DNA of 64,000 nucleotides from an uncultured Verrucomicrobiae bacterium (GCA_963788655.1 CAWBHS010000087.1:1-64000), one strand, 5' to 3'; positions 1 to 10,324 are shown, counted from the stretch's first letter. Notes: generated by a model from the sequence alone, not told the origin. Numbers and translations: made by a program.

Positions 1-1660
1 ATTTCCCTCACCAACTTGACCATCTGGTTGCATTCTAAAGGCTCTCGCAAAAAACATTTCTGATTGCCCACTGAAGGTGCTGTATCCCTGTTTCGTGCAA
101 CACGGGCTGATCCTCCATCCCAACCTCGCTCGATCAAGCGACCATGCTTGCCCGCCACCTTGGCCAATTCCGCTGTTGTCGTAAAGGTTTTGAATTTCAC
201 CATAATCGTTAGAGTCAAAACGTGCATAAATCCCGAGCCAAAACTTAATTTCCGGGCCGCGAACCAATTGAAACCCTTCTCCTGCATAATTCCACTCGAA
301 TAATCCGAGCGTATCAACCCGATTGATACTGTCATTCCGCCCAAGTGTTTGGAGATTGTCTCCTCTTCGCTCCCCTAGACGATCTCGATTTAGCCACTTC
401 CACAACTTGGACTGTAAAAACGAAATCCATAATACGCCAAGTCCGTGTAATCATCCTGATACTTCGTGCTAAAGCGGAACGGATTTAACTTGGCCATCGG
501 GCCAGAGGCCCGAATGATCTGCCCGAACGGACTGAATTCGTACGTGGCGCTCTTGGTCCGTCACTTGCGTCCACCATCGCCGCCACGTTCCCGTTTCCAT
601 CCATCGCGTAGAAATGCACGCCGTTGGTACCAGCGTTCATCGCCACCAAACCGCCGACCCCGCCGGCGCCCTGGAGGCTGCCACTCAGGTCCAAGCCCCA
701 GGTGAAGGAATTGAGAATGGAGAAGTCAGAATGAAGAATGCCCAGCAAATTCCATCCGTCGTAGGCAAAGTAATCTTCCGCTTCCAAATACCAGTTGCCC
801 GAAACGTAATTCGACACCACCATCGCCACACGTCGGCCCTGGCTGTCGTAGGTGAATTTCACCTTCAGCTTGGCACCGTCCGGCACGGACGACAAGGTTT
901 CCATCTCCACCAACCGGTTTTCGGCGTCCCAGCGGTTGGTCCAGCGCCCATCGCTGGTCAGGTTACCATCCGCGTCGTAGGTGAACGTTTCGGTGGCCGG
1001 CGGCAGGAAAACATTGCCAGTCACCGTATTGGTTTCGCCGTCGTACACCGCCTTGGTCGTCAGGGAGTTCCAAACGGGGGCCGAAGCGTTGTCCAGGGCC
1101 ACTTCCTTCCAGAAGTATTCGCCTTTCCGGTAGGCTGCCTCGTCGTTGACCGTCACGGTGGACAAGGCATACGCGGCGCCCAAAATGTCCACGGCACCCG
1201 GCACGGTGCGGTTGGTGTATTGGTTCAAAGCATTGGCTCCGTAAGACGCCGAGCGCAGGCCGGTGCCATTAGCGTCGCCTCCGACCAGGGTCGAGGTCCG
1301 GTTGCCAATGTCATCAAACGCAAACTCGAACTGCTGCCCGGCCACGGGTGTCCAATCACTCCAGTACCGCTTGGCAGATTTCACCTGGCCCAAGGCGTCG
1401 TAGCCGTAAACCCAGAACGAGCCGTCCGCCAGGGTGACTCTTGTCCGCTGATTGGCGCTGTTTAACTGGTAATCGAACGAGTTGACGGTTGCTGCTTGAC
1501 CATCCGCAGACTGAATCCGCGTCAGACGATTCAGGTAATCGTATGTTTTTGTCGTCGTCATGCGGGTCACACTATTGGACCGGAAAGTAATTTGCCCAAC
1601 CAACGGCGAGTTGGCAAGGTAAGAATAACTCGCCGAATAGGTGCCATCCGTCGGATGCAT
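1..1660 (-). CDS. Orphan Rhs core plus C-terminal toxin domain (two apparent 1-nt frameshifts near 557 and 400; CT runs off the window edge)
   Basis: YD repeats in ORF 485..1660. Shifted frames continue FRFSTKYQDDYTDLAYYGFRFY / WLNRDRLGE...NDSINRVDTLGL, then an open, unrecognised CT (FEWNYAGEG...) to position 1. The core is near-identical to 7340-8535. Confidence 0.85.
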
Positions 1661-1695
1661 GTGCGGCCCATAATCTTTCTCTCAACCGCAGTTCA

Positions 1696-2431
1696 TCACC
1701 TGTACTCACTCGCCTTGACTTCCCGATATTCCACACCCTCAACGGGCTTGAAGTGGTTTTGGTCGATTTCAATGTCCAACTCTGGGCGATTGAAATTTAG
1801 CACCATTGAAGAACGTGCACCTTCGAATAGAATTCTTACGGGCAGTCCCGTTTTTTCATCCATGGCGATTTCGACGGACGCATTCGCCCCTACCCAGTCT
1901 GAAAAGAACCGAGAAGAACTCTTGTATATATAGCACTTTGCATATCGAACTCGCTTCCGTCCTATGTAGCTTGTATTTGGTGATTTCAAAAGCTCCTTTA
2001 GAATAGTCTCCGCATCAAGAAATAGCTTACAATTGTGATCAACGTCTTCAAACTTTATGCGGGAAATCACTCCATTATTAAACAAAGTGCTATAGACCCG
2101 TTTGCCATCAAAAACAATAAGATTAGTATATGTGTAAACTACCTCGTTGTGCTCCAAAGGAATAATTGTCTTTTCCCCAGACATAAGTAGAAAACTTTTG
2201 CCCCCGAGGTTTTTCACCCAGAGGTCTAGATGTCGCTTGAGTTTCGCACTAAACAGTAGTCCTGTGTCTTTCGGGTAAAAAGTTACCTATACCCTGCATG
2301 CTCAAGTGATAGCTTTTAATTGCTTTGGAACTAGCGAGTAGGTTTGTCAATGTCTCCATCTCTTCAGCCGCGATGGCTTGGCAAATCGCTATAATTAAGA
2401 TACAACCAAACAATATTTGCTTTTTTATCAT
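1696..2431 (-). CDS. Secreted putative immunity protein, LolA-like C-terminus; frameshift in a T-run near 2280
   Basis: The signal peptide MIKKQILFGCILIIAICQAIA (2249..2431) joins ORF 1696..2217 through FYPKDTGLLFSAKLKRHLDLWVKN. Low GC, directly downstream of a toxin gene. The ending DEKTGLPVRI...IDQNHFKPVEG resembles LolA-fold proteins. Confidence 0.6.
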
Positions 2432-2447
2432 TAAATGCCCAGTATTA

Positions 2448-3341
2448 TTAGTTCGTTATGCCGAAATAGCGCCTGCATTGACAGCCGCCATGTTCGCTAA
2501 CAAAAATCCTAAAATTGGCCAGCCAGAGTGATGTTAACCTCTCAGTTTCCCTGATTCTAAGCTGTCCGGGCTCAAACCATGCAAAATCGACTAGCATGCC
2601 ACCATTATCATATACGTGACGGGTGTGAATTGCATTGCCAGCAGGCCGCCCATTAGGTCCAGGTGGTCCACCTAAGTACTCAACCGCGTCGAATATCGGA
2701 TTGTCAACCACTTCATAATTCACAAAACCTGGAGGAAATTCCTGTGGACTATAAGCATTATGAGCCCATATAATAGGTCCTTCGCCGAAGACATTGAAAT
2801 CTCCGTGTGCTACGTAGTCTTGCAAAGGGTGCAAGGATCTCCCCAACTCCACGACAGCCCGTTCAGGACTGTCGCTCTGTTGGCGGATATTGCAAAAATA
2901 CTGTGCGTTTGCCATATGGTCCATGAAGTGTTGCATTCTGGAATCAAGTCCACCGGATAGGTTGCGGTTAAAATGATAGCTCATATCTCCACCAATTGGA
3001 AAGGGCCCCCTCCGTCCAATTAGACTATCTACATCATCATCAGCTTCGCCAATCCTTTCAGCGGCTGCAACCGGATATTGATTTGCTATGGCCCAGTCTG
3101 TAGTGAACCCACGATGGACTGCAGTGTCCCATAATCCGAGAACATCGTAAGCTGTTATAGCATTGTTCTTTACATACATGTATGCGTTATCCTGGCGTTG
3201 TCCAATAGGATCGCGACGTAGCCAACGACCGACTTGAGGATTGTAAAAGGCAAAGGCATCTTCCTGGACACAGCAGGCCAAGACAATTAGAGCGAAGAGC
3301 ATCACGATTTTCTTCTTCATAACCAAAACATTCTTTTTCAT
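2448..3341 (-). CDS. Signal-peptide mini-Rhs toxin with Zn-dependent phospholipase C/P1 nuclease/Het-C-like C-terminal domain
   Basis: MKKKIVMLFALIVLACCVQEDAFA|FYNPQVGRWLRRDPIG...NAYMYVKNN...DVLGL|WDTAVH...HFN...LHPLQDYVAH. The start is ATG 3341 or 3320. Confidence 0.75.
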   Translation of the reverse strand: MKKNVLVMKKKIVMLFALIVLACCVQEDAFAFYNPQVGRWLRRDPIGQRQDNAYMYVKNNAITAYDVLGLWDTAVHRGFTTDWAIANQYPVAAAERIGEADDDVDSLIGRRGPFPIGGDMSYHFNRNLSGGLDSRMQHFMDHMANAQYFCNIRQQSDSPERAVVELGRSLHPLQDYVAHGDFNVFGEGPIIWAHNAYSPQEFPPGFVNYEVVDNPIFDAVEYLGGPPGPNGRPAGNAIHTRHVYDNGGMLVDFAWFEPGQLRIRETERLTSLWLANFRIFVSEHGGCQCRRYFGITN

Positions 3342-3488
3342 TATTTTCTTCTCATGCGACGAGCTTACCGGGGCACAGGAGCAGGAACCGATTTTACCCC
3401 GTGCGGCCTGAGCACGGCCGGATTCGTTACTCACCATTTGTCAGAATAGTCCACTACTTTGTTCCATTACGTTTGCAGAAGGGGTTTG

Positions 3489-3890
3489 CTATTCTTGGGC
3501 ATGCCTGCTGCGGCGGAACAGTAATAAGGCAAAAGCACCGCATAGTCCAATGGCGTAACACTTAACGAAGAATACCAAAACATCGCTGGTTCCATCCGAA
3601 ACTCCCGCGCCCGATGTCTGTGAATGTAATGTCAGTAATTGATAAAACACCAATGCCACTATTACAATCACCGGGAGAAAGAATCCGAGAAACTTCACAT
3701 AGCGATTCGAATAAAAATGCTCCAAGAAAAGGAAGCTGAAAATCGATGGAGAAATAAACAAAGTCGCAATCAGTCCCAGAAGAATAGTCTCAATGGATAC
3801 TGTAGCGCAGTAAATGCATGCGACAACCGCAGTGGCTAGAATATCCAAACCTCCCCGGAGAGCTATGTTTTTTAGAGCTATTGTATTCAT
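3489..3890 (-). CDS. Small 4-TM membrane protein, probable orphan immunity protein
   Basis: 133 aa, hydrophobic, low GC, inside the toxin array. Its ATG overlaps the stop of a short upstream remnant (TAAATG). Confidence 0.6.
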   Translation of the reverse strand: MNTIALKNIALRGGLDILATAVVACIYCATVSIETILLGLIATLFISPSIFSFLFLEHFYSNRYVKFLGFFLPVIVIVALVFYQLLTLHSQTSGAGVSDGTSDVLVFFVKCYAIGLCGAFALLLFRRSRHAQE

Positions 3891-3987
3891 TTATCCGATG
3901 CTGTGCGCGAAGAAGCAACCTGCGGCGCTTATGCTATGGACTAGATTCTTTCTCACCTTTTGGCGGGACACCTTTCTGTGAGCGTCC

Positions 3988-4557
3988 TCATTTCAACTCT
4001 CCCCCAGGCTCGGCCAGCAGCACCCCATCAGGTTCCAGCCCTTCAAAAGCGACAATTCGGACTATCGGCAACTCTGGTTTTGACGCCCTCCAGTTTAGCT
4101 CCACCCACACCTGCTTCGACTGGCCACGAAGCCTCAGAAAGTCTGCATTGAGACGGCCCAAGCGATCCCATACAAACTTGTATCCGCCACTCGTGCGATT
4201 CGTGTAGATGAAGCTCACGTATGTATGTTCGGGCCTGCCCATCGGGGTTTCGCCTCGCAGGACTTCGACCGTGAAGTTCAATTGATTGGATGGCTTATCC
4301 AGAGTCGTTTCATATACCCGTGCCAGATCGTCAGAGCTTTCCTTCATCCATTTCTGATAATCCGCCAAAACCTGATTTGCAGGGGGAAGCGGCCTCAACT
4401 CAAGTGGTCCGCCAACTGGGGTCGGTTTCCAATTTTGAACGCCGACTTTGGGTGGCGGCATCGATGGCTCACCACAACCGAAGAGGCAAGTGACGAGAAC
4501 CAATGGACCGACAAGTCTCCACGCACAAGACTTCGATATCGCTGCATTGGCGTTCAT
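3988..4557 (-). CDS. Lipoprotein, putative immunity protein of the upstream Rhs-CT
   Basis: ATG 4557 overlaps the TGA stop (4554-4556) of the reconstructed toxin gene. Lipobox-like VLVTCLFGC. Confidence 0.65.
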   Translation of the reverse strand: MNANAAISKSCAWRLVGPLVLVTCLFGCGEPSMPPPKVGVQNWKPTPVGGPLELRPLPPANQVLADYQKWMKESSDDLARVYETTLDKPSNQLNFTVEVLRGETPMGRPEHTYVSFIYTNRTSGGYKFVWDRLGRLNADFLRLRGQSKQVWVELNWRASKPELPIVRIVAFEGLEPDGVLLAEPGGELK

Positions 4558-4942
4558 AGCCCGAGCGGATAAGGAAAGCGTTCGAACGGTTTCGTCGTTG
4601 TATAAGCACCAACTGCACTGGTTGGCGAACAACTACTCACGGCATGACGCGGCAGTTTGCTGAGTATCGAACATATATCGCTAGATCCGCTCTCAAGAAG
4701 CTCTTGGCCCAGAGGAAATACGTCATGATCTTCATCAATCTGGATGCCAAGAGCGGCATATATTACGAACCCGACCTTTCCAACGTCGCCTTCACCGTCA
4801 CCATCAGTGGCCTCCGCATAGTCAGCGCCTAGCCTGGATATTTCATAAGGGCGTTCATAATTGAGGGTCAAAACGCGATTCCACCCGCTGTTGACGCGGT
4901 TTTCCACCCCGTTCGGTTTAAGCAACCGCCACCGACAGTGTG

Positions 4943-5161
4943 TTAATCCTTTCGGGAGCGTTGCCGGGCCTTGGGAGCTGGAACCTGTTTTCTGACCAGA
5001 TGCAATTCGCCCCGGTCGAGCAACTCCCACTGCACCGCTTCGCCGGGTTGCAGCCCAATGGCCGCGGCCAGGGGAATGGGAAAATAGACATACCGTTTGG
5101 GCGTTTGGCCTTTGGGGCGAATGGCCTGCACTTTGAGTGAATATTTCACTGGATTTTCCAT
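4943..5161 (-). CDS. AbrB/MazE-like small DNA-binding protein carried inside the IS
   Basis: YVYFPIPLAAAIGLQPGEAVQWELL matches the AbrB swapped-hairpin pattern. It lies between the left IR and the transposase, divergent from it. Confidence 0.6.
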   Translation of the reverse strand: MENPVKYSLKVQAIRPKGQTPKRYVYFPIPLAAAIGLQPGEAVQWELLDRGELHLVRKQVPAPKARQRSRKD

Positions 5162-5183
5162 ATCTAGCCTATAGACTAGATAC

Positions 5184-6620
5184 ATGGCTAACGCAAGTCA
5201 AAGCTTTCTGTTTGAGGATTTGGGACCGCGGCGCGTGCAAGCCGATTTCTCTGGCGGCACCCTCTCCACCGACGCCGGCGCGTTGCTCCTGCGCCAGGTC
5301 GATCGGAGCCTCGGGTTGAGCGCCGAACTGGCCCGTTGCTTTGCCGACGGGCGCAATCCGATCTGGGTGGACCATTCAGTGCCGGAGTTGTTGTGTCAGC
5401 GCCTCTTCGGCGTGGCGCTGGGCTACGAGGACCTCAATGATCACCAACGCTTGCGCCTGGACCCGCTGCTGGCTACGGCCTGCGGCAAGACTGATCCGCT
5501 GGGCGAACAGCGGGTGTTGCCCCAACATCGGGGCATCGCGCTGGCGGGTCCCGCGACGCTCAACCGCCTGGAGTTGTCGAATAACAAACAGACCCGCTGC
5601 CACAAATTGCCCCACAACCCCGCCCAGATCGAAGCGTGCCTGCTGAAAATGGGGACGCGTTGCCTGCCCAAACACGCCACGGAGGTGGTGGTGGATTTGG
5701 ATGCGATGGGGCATCGGCTCCACGGCTTGCAGGAGGGGCGGCATTTCAACGCCTACTATGACGATTATTGTTATCTGCCGCTCTACGCGTTTGTCGGGGA
5801 CTTCCCGTTGTGGGCGCAACTGCGCACCGCCGAGCACGAGGCGGCGCATGGGGCCGTGCCGGCATTGGAGAAAATCGTGGCGGCGATCCGAAAACGGTGC
5901 CGCAAGGCGCGGATCATCATTCGCGGGGACAGCGGGTTTGGCCGGGAGGAGATCATGGCCTGGTGTGAGAGTCAACGAGAGGTGTACTACTGCCTGGGCT
6001 TGGCCAAGAACCCGGTGCTGATTGAGAAGCTGGGGCCGGCGCTGGCCCAGGCGCGGGCGCGCCACTGTCTGAGCGGGGCCGAGCGCGTGCGGGAGTTCAC
6101 CGAGTTTCGGTATCGGACACGCAAGAGTTGGAGTCGGGAGCGCCGGGTCATTGGCAAGGCGGAGGTGATGCGGGAGGGGGAAAATCCGCGCTTCATCGTG
6201 ACCAATTTACCGGCCAACGGGTTTAAAAAGGAACGGGACAAGACGCGCTTCTGTCCGGCGCGGCTCTACGAAGAACTCTATTGCGCGCGGGGGGATATGG
6301 AAAACAAACTCAAGCAGCAGGTGTTGGATTTGCAGGCCGACCGGATGAGCACGCACCATCTGGCCAGCAATCAGTTTCGGCTGTGGGAGGCGATGTTCGC
6401 TTACCTGTTGTTGGAGCGGTTGCGCACGCTGGGGCTGAAGGGAACGGAGTTGGAGCGAGCGACGGCGGGAAGTCTGCGGTTGAAACTGTTGAAGATCGCC
6501 GCCCAAGTGCAAGTGAGCGTGCGGCGCGTCTATGTGCAAATGAGCAGCGCCTTCCCACTGCCAGAGCTCTTTGCCCTTTGCCACCGGCGGCTGATGCGGC
6601 TGTCGTCCCCGGCGGGTTAA
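5184..6620 (+). CDS. IS1380-family DDE transposase
   Basis: Motifs FSGGTLSTDAG, GYEDLNDH, VDLDA, IRGDSGF, YCARGDMENKLK. Confidence 0.93.
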   Translation: MANASQSFLFEDLGPRRVQADFSGGTLSTDAGALLLRQVDRSLGLSAELARCFADGRNPIWVDHSVPELLCQRLFGVALGYEDLNDHQRLRLDPLLATACGKTDPLGEQRVLPQHRGIALAGPATLNRLELSNNKQTRCHKLPHNPAQIEACLLKMGTRCLPKHATEVVVDLDAMGHRLHGLQEGRHFNAYYDDYCYLPLYAFVGDFPLWAQLRTAEHEAAHGAVPALEKIVAAIRKRCRKARIIIRGDSGFGREEIMAWCESQREVYYCLGLAKNPVLIEKLGPALAQARARHCLSGAERVREFTEFRYRTRKSWSRERRVIGKAEVMREGENPRFIVTNLPANGFKKERDKTRFCPARLYEELYCARGDMENKLKQQVLDLQADRMSTHHLASNQFRLWEAMFAYLLLERLRTLGLKGTELERATAGSLRLKLLKIAAQVQVSVRRVYVQMSSAFPLPELFALCHRRLMRLSSPAG

Positions 6621-8599
6621 ATCCAAGCAACGACTTTTGATGAGGCAGCCCTACGGAAGAGGTGTGTACAAAACCGGCCCTAATTTTCAATTTTTAAGGT
6701 TTTAGCGTCCGTATTGTCCATCGTGCGGCAAAAACACCTCCTTGTTGCCGAATTCTGCTCCCCAAATCCGCGCTCGCCCCAAAAATCCGAAGGGCTTATG
6801 AAATATCCGGGCTAGGGCGCTTATTAACTCAGGTATCCCCACAGCGGCAGTTGCGAAGCCGAACATGATATTACCCGGAACGTCACTGCCGACGCATTTT
6901 CCACAGAGCGTGATTGTGCCTTGGCAATCGCGCGATGGGAATCCCACCAAAGGATCGGCAGTTGCACCTGTTCGATCAGCTTGTGCCGCGTAATCCAGTG
7001 AGCCTAAGACGTTCCTGAACCACCCGAGTAGAAACAACGGTCCGATCCCATCCGTATTGGGTCCGTTTTCAAGATAGCGCCGAAAGCTCGCCATCTCATC
7101 GTTCACTGCCCGTGTGTAATCTGGACCACAGTTTCTCCGACAGAACATAACTACCTGAACCTCGTTTACTGCCAGTCCCAAATAATCACGTCTGTTGAGA
7201 GGGTTATTGCGAACAAAGTGATAGAGATTTGGGCCATCCCCACGCAGTGACGCACGCTTACGTCGAAGCGTTTCAAACCCAGGTTCGCCCAACGGGTCTC
7301 TGCTTGGCCACCTTCCGGAATTTAAATTGCAGAACCGATATCCATAATACGCCAAATCCGTGTAATCATCCTGAAACTTCGTGCTAAAGCGGAACGGATT
7401 TAGCTTGGCCATTACGCCAGAGGCCCGAATGATTTGCCCGAACGGACTGAATTCATACGTAGCGCTCTTCGTACCGTCACTTGCGTCCACCAGCGCCGCC
7501 ACGTTCCCATTTCCATCCATCGCATAGAAATGCACCCCGTTGGTGCCGGCGTTCATCGCCACCAGACCGCCAACCCCGCCAGCGCCCTGGAGGCTGCCAC
7601 TCAGGTCCAAGCCCCACGTGAACGAATTGAGAATGGAGAAGTCTGAATGAAGAATCCCCATTAAATTCCATCCGTCGTAGGCAAAGTAATCCTCCGCCTC
7701 CAAATACCAGTTGCCTGAAGCGTAGTTCGACACCACCATCGCCACACGCCGGCCCTGGCTGTCGTAAGTGAATTTCACCTTCAGCTTGGCACCGTCCGGC
7801 ACAGACGAAAGCGTTTCCATTTCCACCAGCCGGTTTTCGGCGTCCCAGCGGTTGGTCCGGCACCCGTCGCTGGTCAGGTTGCCGTCCGCGTCGTAGGTGA
7901 ACGCTTCGGTGGCCGGCGGCAAGAAAACATTGCCGGTCACCGTGTTGGTTTCACCATCATACACCGCCTTGGTGGTCAGCGAGTTCCAAACCGGGGCCGA
8001 AGCATTGTCCAGGGCCACTTCCTTCCAGAAGTATTCGCCTTTGCGGTAGGCTGCGTCGTCGTTGATCGACACCGTGGACAAGGCGTGCGCGGCGCCCAAA
8101 ATGTCCACCGCGCCCGGCACGGTTCGGTTGGGGTATTGGTTCAACGCATTGGCTCCGTAAGACGCCGAGCGCAGGCCGGTGCCATTGGCGTCGCCGCCGG
8201 CCAGGGTGGAGGTCCGGTTGCCAATGTCATCAAACGCAAACTCGAACTGCTGCCCGGCCACGGGCGTCCAATCACTCCAATAGCGCTTGGCGGATTTCAC
8301 CTGGCCCAAGGCGTCGTAAGCGTAAACCCAGAACGAACCGTCCGCCAGGGTGACGCGGGTCCGCTGATTGGCGCTGTTAAGTTGATAGTCGAACGAGTTG
8401 ATGGTTGACGCTTGGGCATCCGCAGACTGAATCCGCGTCAGACGATTCAGGTAATCGTATGTTTTTGTCGTCGTCATGCGGGTCACACTATTGGACCGGA
8501 AGGTAATTTGCCCAATCAGCGGCGAATTGGCAAGGTCTTGCTGGAATGTCTGGTCCTGGAGCCATGCGCGGGGTGTTTGGCCGAAGCGGGCGCTCCATC

Positions 8600-9070
8600 T
8601 GAATTCGAAAGGAGTCAGAGCGGACTCACGTCCGCTGCTACAATGCTTTGGGGGTTCAACGCGCGAAGTTTTCGGGGAATTCTCTCCCCAAGGGAGCGAG
8701 GATGGGAGCAGATGTGTTGGGAGCGACTTTCCGGGTAAGGTCGGGTCATGGCACTGGAATCCGGATTCCGTTCCAAGGGCCAGAATTGACTGCCAGTGGC
8801 CAACGACCATCGGAGGGCTGAACCGCACCTCGACTTTTTTCATAACCCGAAGTTCACCGCTTCCGTGCGGTTTGATTCCGATGCGGTTTTTCGCAATTTC
8901 ATGTCGGTCACGTTGGAGTTCCCGCCTTCAGGCGGCGCGACGCTTGGGTTCAAGCACACGAAAGCGGGAGCAAGCTCCGCGCACTTTAAACGCTTCGCGA
9001 GACTCGGCGCCCATTCGAATTCGCGCCAGCGGTTGGAGTGCGCCCGGCTTGCCGGCGCTTTCGAAAGCCG
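8600..9070. repeat. Cluster of REP-like palindromic repeats
   Basis: GAGCGGACTCACGTCCGCTGCTAC (8618-8641), CTCTCCCCAAGGGAGCGAG, GTTCCCGCCTTCAGGCGG, and TTGGAGTGCGCCCGGCTTGCCGGCGCTTT. The first two recur elsewhere in the window. Confidence 0.6.
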
Positions 9071-9135
9071 AGACATGGTCAAAAGCTACGAGCGGCGTGT
9101 TGGTCTGTGGGTGTCCAGTGGCATACCACTCGCTC

Positions 9136-9903
9136 TCAAAACTCCTGCGGCATTTTGGGGTAGCCGTAGTAGGCGTGGATTTGTTCCTCGAGTTCCGCAG
9201 TGATGGGCTGGTCCGGATGATACGCGGGACTATTCTTGATCTGGTCGCGCGGGATCCGCACGGTGACCGATTTCTGATCCCAATTCACCTGCGAGACGAG
9301 GGTCGGAGCGATCAGCACCTGCTTGCCCGGCCACCAATTCTTCGTGTCCACGATCAGAAACCGGATCGCCCAGGTTTGGTGATCCGCCAGGTAATCTTTG
9401 ACGTGGCCAATTTCGCCATCCATCGCCCCGAGGTGGTAACCGGTGACTTCCCGCGCGGACCGCAAATGGCAATGCTTGATCTCTTGGACCTCCTTCTGGT
9501 GCTCGGCCACTTCCTCCGGGGTCAACGGTTGTACGCTGGAGGGATAAGGCCGGTAACCCCAAAGCATGTTGCCTTCCCAGTAGGTTGGCACGACGTAGAA
9601 GCGCGCCAGTTCCAATTCGTAACGGCGCGACACCGGCGCATGCTCGTCCAGCGGCGGCGCTGCTTCGAGTTGCTGCCGCGTCAATTTGACCGGGACGTGT
9701 CCCTTGAAGCCCCGCAAATCCGGGTCTCCCAGCGAGAAGGGCGAGATCAAGACCTTCCGGCCGGTCAACCATCCCCCCGTGTCGGCCACCACGTAACGGA
9801 AGGTCCACGTGGTATCGTCGAACAGGAAATCCCGCACCTTGCCAATGTCGCCATCGCTCGCGGTGAGCTTGGCCCCGATGATGTCTTTAATGTTGTGCAA
9901 CAT
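9136..9903 (-). CDS. PRC-barrel domain protein (two barrels)
   Basis: Repeated G-I-G-x-V-x-D-(F/Y)-L-x-D...W-x-(F/I)-R-(Y/F)-x-V-x-D-T-x-x-W-x-x-G-x-x-V-L-I-x-P. Confidence 0.88.
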   Translation of the reverse strand: MLHNIKDIIGAKLTASDGDIGKVRDFLFDDTTWTFRYVVADTGGWLTGRKVLISPFSLGDPDLRGFKGHVPVKLTRQQLEAAPPLDEHAPVSRRYELELARFYVVPTYWEGNMLWGYRPYPSSVQPLTPEEVAEHQKEVQEIKHCHLRSAREVTGYHLGAMDGEIGHVKDYLADHQTWAIRFLIVDTKNWWPGKQVLIAPTLVSQVNWDQKSVTVRIPRDQIKNSPAYHPDQPITAELEEQIHAYYGYPKMPQEF

Positions 9904-10324
9904 ATTCGTCCTTTCACTTTACGCTGATTGCGTGTCAACAATCTCCAGCCCAGCCGCCTCATCGCGAGTTCATCGCGTCGCGCGTTGGCTTGGTGCGATC
10001 CGCATAGCAGCACCTGCACTACTGTAATGAAGTCTGTCTTAAGACGGAAGTCAAACACGCTGTCCCAGTTGGCGTTCTTGGAGACCGCAACGGACTTGGC
10101 TGGCGTGGGATTGCGATTTGAAGTTCCTGGAGTTTTCATTTAAATACAGAAAACGCTGCCCCGGGCGCTTCGTTCCATGTTGATGAAACGGATGGTAAAG
10201 ATGAACCGCGTGCCTGCACTGCATTATGAACTAAACGCCGGTATCCGGCTGCGACCACCGCGAGCTAGCCGACCGCCACGGGGCTTATGGCGGGAGAAGC
10301 ACCACGATGGCGCACACATGAACA

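Larger units (their letters stand above)
4833..6811 (+). mobile_element. IS1380-family insertion sequence (1979 bp)
   Basis: Terminal inverted repeats CCTGGATATTTCATAAG / CTTATGAAATATCCGGG. CTAG target duplication at 4829-4832 and 6812-6815. Confidence 0.92.
4554..8535 (-). pseudogene. Orphan Rhs core plus Ntox44 (bacterial toxin 44)-like CT, interrupted by an IS1380-family element
   Basis: Rhs core ends in NPLNRRDYLGL. The CT has SDVPGNIMFGFATAAVGIPELISAL; removing the IS and one CTAG copy restores the frame to GADYAEATD...DEDHDVFPLG...YPLGL* (stop 4554). Rhs homology starts near 8535, with no N-terminal delivery domains. Confidence 0.8.

Noticed and set aside
4644..4832. 62-aa plus-strand ORF
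   Set aside because: It is antisense to the separated 3' end of the Ntox44-like toxin.
6702..8843. 713-aa Rhs ORF as given in the ORF track
   Set aside because: Its N-terminal ~100 aa are read-through of REP repeats and its last ~35 aa come from the IS end. The true CT continues at 4832-4554.
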